Shown here: piece after piece, positions 54,001-55,416 of the stretch
Position numbering within the stretch: position 1 is the stretch's first letter
How the letters are laid out: each line of letters begins with the position of its first letter
Assembly (NCBI GenBank): GCA_004431415.1
Contig: QPMI01000688.1
Span: 1-55,416, forward strand
DNA: 55,416 bases
Direction of reading: 5' to 3'
From: Cyanophora paradoxa CCMP329
Lineage: Eukaryota > Plantae > Glaucophyta
The notes under the pieces: generated by a model
What the model saw: the letters and a program-made list of their open reading frames with translations, nothing else
Database searches by the model: none
Told to the model about the DNA's origin: nothing
Program-made: the position numbers and the translations under genes

Positions 54001-55416
54001 AGACGGTGGAGAACGTGACGGTGGGGACGCCGATCCCGCAGTCGACGACGTCGGTGCCCGTGAGCTGGGCGCTCTCGGCGGTGGGTACAGCGGGGACACG
54101 TGGCGCCGACGTACGGGCCGCTGGAGGTGAGCTGCTCCGGGCCGGCGTGACGCGGACGGGCTCCCTGGCGAGCGGCACGATCACGGCTGGGGCGACGAGC
54201 GCCACGTGACCGTCTTGGGCTCCCCGAGATGGGCGCGTCGTACACGATCACGTGCAGCGGGGCCAATCTGACGGCGTACGCGGGGACCGTGACGGGCGCG
54301 GCGCCTGACTTCACACCGGCGCCGCGTCAAGCACGATGAGCACGAACTCGTCGACGGCAGCATCGCTGTTCGGTGCGCGGGGCGGGGCGGGGGTGGAGCC
54401 GCGGGGCGGCCGCGTCGCGCTGGGCCTGACGCCTGCTCGCAGCCAATCGGTGCCGCCGTCGGTGACGGTCTCGTCGAGCGGGGACGCGTTTTGGGCGGCG
54501 GTGTCCTGGAATACGACGGGGGCTCGGGCACGGAGCCGGCGTACGCGAACGTGACCGTGAGCTGCTCGAGCAACGGCGTGGCGGACTCGGCCTCGAACGC
54601 GACAGTGGCCTCGGAGACGGGGACGGGCTCGGCCACGGCTGGTCAGCGCGGGCTCCGGAGGTGGCAGGTGCAGTCGCACGTGACGAGCTGCGCGCGACGG
54701 TGTACTACTCGTACCTGGGGGTGGCGTCGAGCGCCACGGCGTACTCGACGGGTGCGTGGGGCCACGGCAGACACTTTTTCGCGGGTCCTGGGATGGAGGC
54801 TGACGCGGGGGTGGGGCGCAGTGCACGCAAAGACGGTGGAGAACGTGACGGTGGGGACGCCGATCCCGCAGTCGACGACGTCGGTGACGGTGCCGTGAGC
54901 TGGGCGCTCTCGGGGGGTACAGCGGGGACAACGTGGCGCCGACGTACGGGCGGAGGTGAGCTGCTCCGGGGCGGCGTGACGCGGACGGGCTCCTGGCGAG
55001 CGGCAGATCACGGCTGGGCGACGAGCGCAACGTGACCGTCTTGGGGCTCCCCGAGATGGGCGCGTCGTACACGATCACGTGCAGGGGCCAATCTGACGGC
55101 GTACGCGGGACGTGACGGGCGGCGCCTGACTTCACCCGGCGCGCGTCAAGCACGAAGAGCATGAACTCGTCGACGGCATCGCTGTTCGGTGCGCGGGGGC
55201 GGGGCGCGGGTGGAGCCGCGGGGCGGCCGTCGCGCTGGGCCTGACGCCTGCTCGCAGCCAAGTCGGTGGGGCCGCGTCGGTGACGGTCTCGTCGAGCGGG
55301 GCGGACGCTGTTTTGGGGCGGTGTCCTGGAATACGACGGGGCGTCGGGCACGGAGCGGCGTACGCGAACGTGACCGTGAGCTGCTCGAGCAACGGCGTGG
55401 CGGACTCGGCCTCGAA
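1..55416 (+). CDS. Internal part of a giant multi-exon gene for a repetitive extracellular/surface glycoprotein (238-aa module of two Fn3/Ig-like beta-sandwich domains). 5' and 3' partial; many copies frameshifted in this assembly
   Basis: Splicing 50122-50194 and 50516-50586 joins ...ASLF|AKSVGPP... and ...AYST|VHAKTVE... in frame. 321+393=714 nt with no stop, and 714+73+71=858. Exon codons end mostly in G/C (TCG, ACG, GCG, GTG). The peptide is natural-looking, unlike the Arg/Pro/Gly-rich alternative frames. The product family is inferred from motif pattern only; no database search was run. Confidence 0.85.
50128..50157 (+). other. G-run cluster in intron A with G-quadruplex-forming potential (G5-C-G4-CGC-G4-TGGAGCCGC-G4), repeated in every unit
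   Basis: Four tracts of at least 4 G with loops of 1, 3 and 9 nt, read directly from the sequence. Folding was not tested. Confidence 0.5.
50178..50182 (+). promoter_or_regulatory. Predicted branch point of intron A (CTGAC; A at 50181, 13 nt before the intron end)
   Basis: Matches the CTRAC branch-point consensus at a canonical distance from the 3' AG. The same motif occupies the equivalent place in intron B. Confidence 0.75.
50195..50515 (+). CDS. Representative exon A (321 nt, phase 1-1, 107 aa): AKSVGPPSVTVSSSGADAVLAAVSWNTTGASGTEPAYANVTVSCSSNGVADSASNATVASETGTGSATVLVSAGSGRWQVQSHVTSCAATVYYSYLGVASSATAYST
   Basis: Flanked by GCAG| and |GTGCGT, open and in frame with both neighbouring exons. 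Shows alternating V-x-V beta-strand patterns, a VSW motif, 2 Cys and 3 N-x-T sequons. Recurs once per unit, for example 51053-51373. Confidence 0.88.
50516..50586 (+). other. Representative spliceosomal (U2-type) intron B, 71 nt, phase 1; one per unit (next copy 51374-51444)
   Basis: Donor G|GTGCGT, branch-point-like GCTGAC (CTGAC at 50564-50568), acceptor GCGCAG|. Length is 3n+2. The TGA at 50565-50567 is in frame with the downstream exon. Removal restores a continuous ORF. Confidence 0.9.
50564..50568 (+). promoter_or_regulatory. Predicted branch point of intron B (CTGAC; A at 50567, 19 nt before the intron end)
   Basis: Matches the CTRAC consensus, and the first AG downstream of it is the predicted acceptor. 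Confidence 0.75.
50587..50979 (+). CDS. Representative exon B (393 nt, phase 1-1, 131 aa), fibronectin type III-like: VHAKTVENVTVGTPIPQSTTSVTVPVSWALSAVGYSGDNVAPTYGPLEVSCSGAGVTRTGSLASGTITAGATSANVTVLGLPEMGASYTITCSGANLTAYAGTVTGAAPDFTPGAASSTMSTNSSTAASLF
   Basis: Flanked by GCAG| and |GTGCGC and open throughout. STTSVTVPVSW resembles Fn3 strand B (Trp), TYGPLEVSC resembles strand C (Tyr), and TSANVTVLGLPEMGASYTITC resembles the Fn3 strand E / L-x-P-G-x-x-Y tyrosine-corner signature. Contains 2 Cys and 4 sequons. Confidence 0.86.

Larger units (their letters stand above)
1..55416 (+). repeat. Direct tandem array of an 858-bp consensus unit: 65 full copies plus about 290 bp of a 66th, running off both window edges
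   Basis: The anchor CTGACTTCACACCGGGCGCC recurs every ~820-865 bp with no unique spacer and no inversion. Clean adjacent copies start at 50053 and 50911 (858 bp apart). Mean observed unit length is ~848 bp (55125/65) because of scattered single-base deletions. Confidence 0.99.

Noticed and set aside
1-55416. The hundreds of six-frame ORFs (for example 13882-15984 minus, 46607-48256 minus, 36125-37864 plus, 23261-24901 plus) as independent genes
   Set aside because: They are mosaics of the same few frames joined by copy-specific indels and are mostly Arg/Pro/Gly-rich, as expected for off-frame translation of very GC-rich DNA. Their boundaries differ between copies.
1-55416. CRISPR array or other repeat-spacer system
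   Set aside because: The unit is 858 bp with no variable spacers, and no cas or reverse-transcriptase gene is present.
1-55416. Pseudogene array, because most copies are frameshifted
   Set aside because: The lesions are overwhelmingly 1-nt deletions in G/C runs, with few substitutions and no recurrent nonsense codon. That pattern fits long-read consensus error, and intact consecutive exons exist (50195-51373). It is not fully excluded without accurate reads.
1-55416. rDNA, 5S, tRNA, spliced-leader or histone tandem array
   Set aside because: No recognisable structural-RNA or histone motifs are present, and all 858 bp are accounted for by two exons and two introns.

Overview
The whole 55,416-bp window is one head-to-tail tandem array. 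I count 65 complete copies plus a partial 66th, using CTGACTTCAC as the unit start (positions 1, 839, 1675 ... 50053, 50911 ... 54305, 55126). The consensus unit is 858 bp and very GC-rich. It is not a non-coding satellite, and the many short six-frame ORFs are not the genes. Each unit holds two short spliceosomal-type introns (73 nt and 71 nt, both GTGCGY...CTGAC...GCAG, both phase 1) and two exons (321 nt and 393 nt). Removing the introns gives a stop-free 714-nt/238-aa module that reads in frame into the next copy. The module is two paralogous Ser/Thr/Ala/Val/Gly-rich beta-sandwich-like domains, one with fibronectin type III-like hallmarks. Each domain has a Cys pair, and the module has 7 N-glycosylation sequons. 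The simplest reading is the interior of a giant eukaryotic (high-GC protist- or alga-like) extracellular or surface protein gene. Taken at face value it has about 130 introns, about 130 domains and over 15,000 aa, with no N- or C-terminus in the window. Most copy-to-copy differences are single-base indels in G/C homopolymers, typical of unpolished long-read consensus, so the frameshifts are probably artefacts and the true copy number is uncertain. A few recurrent substitutions suggest real variant copies. A rolling-circle or assembly-expanded origin cannot be excluded from sequence alone. No rRNA, tRNA, CRISPR or transposase was seen.
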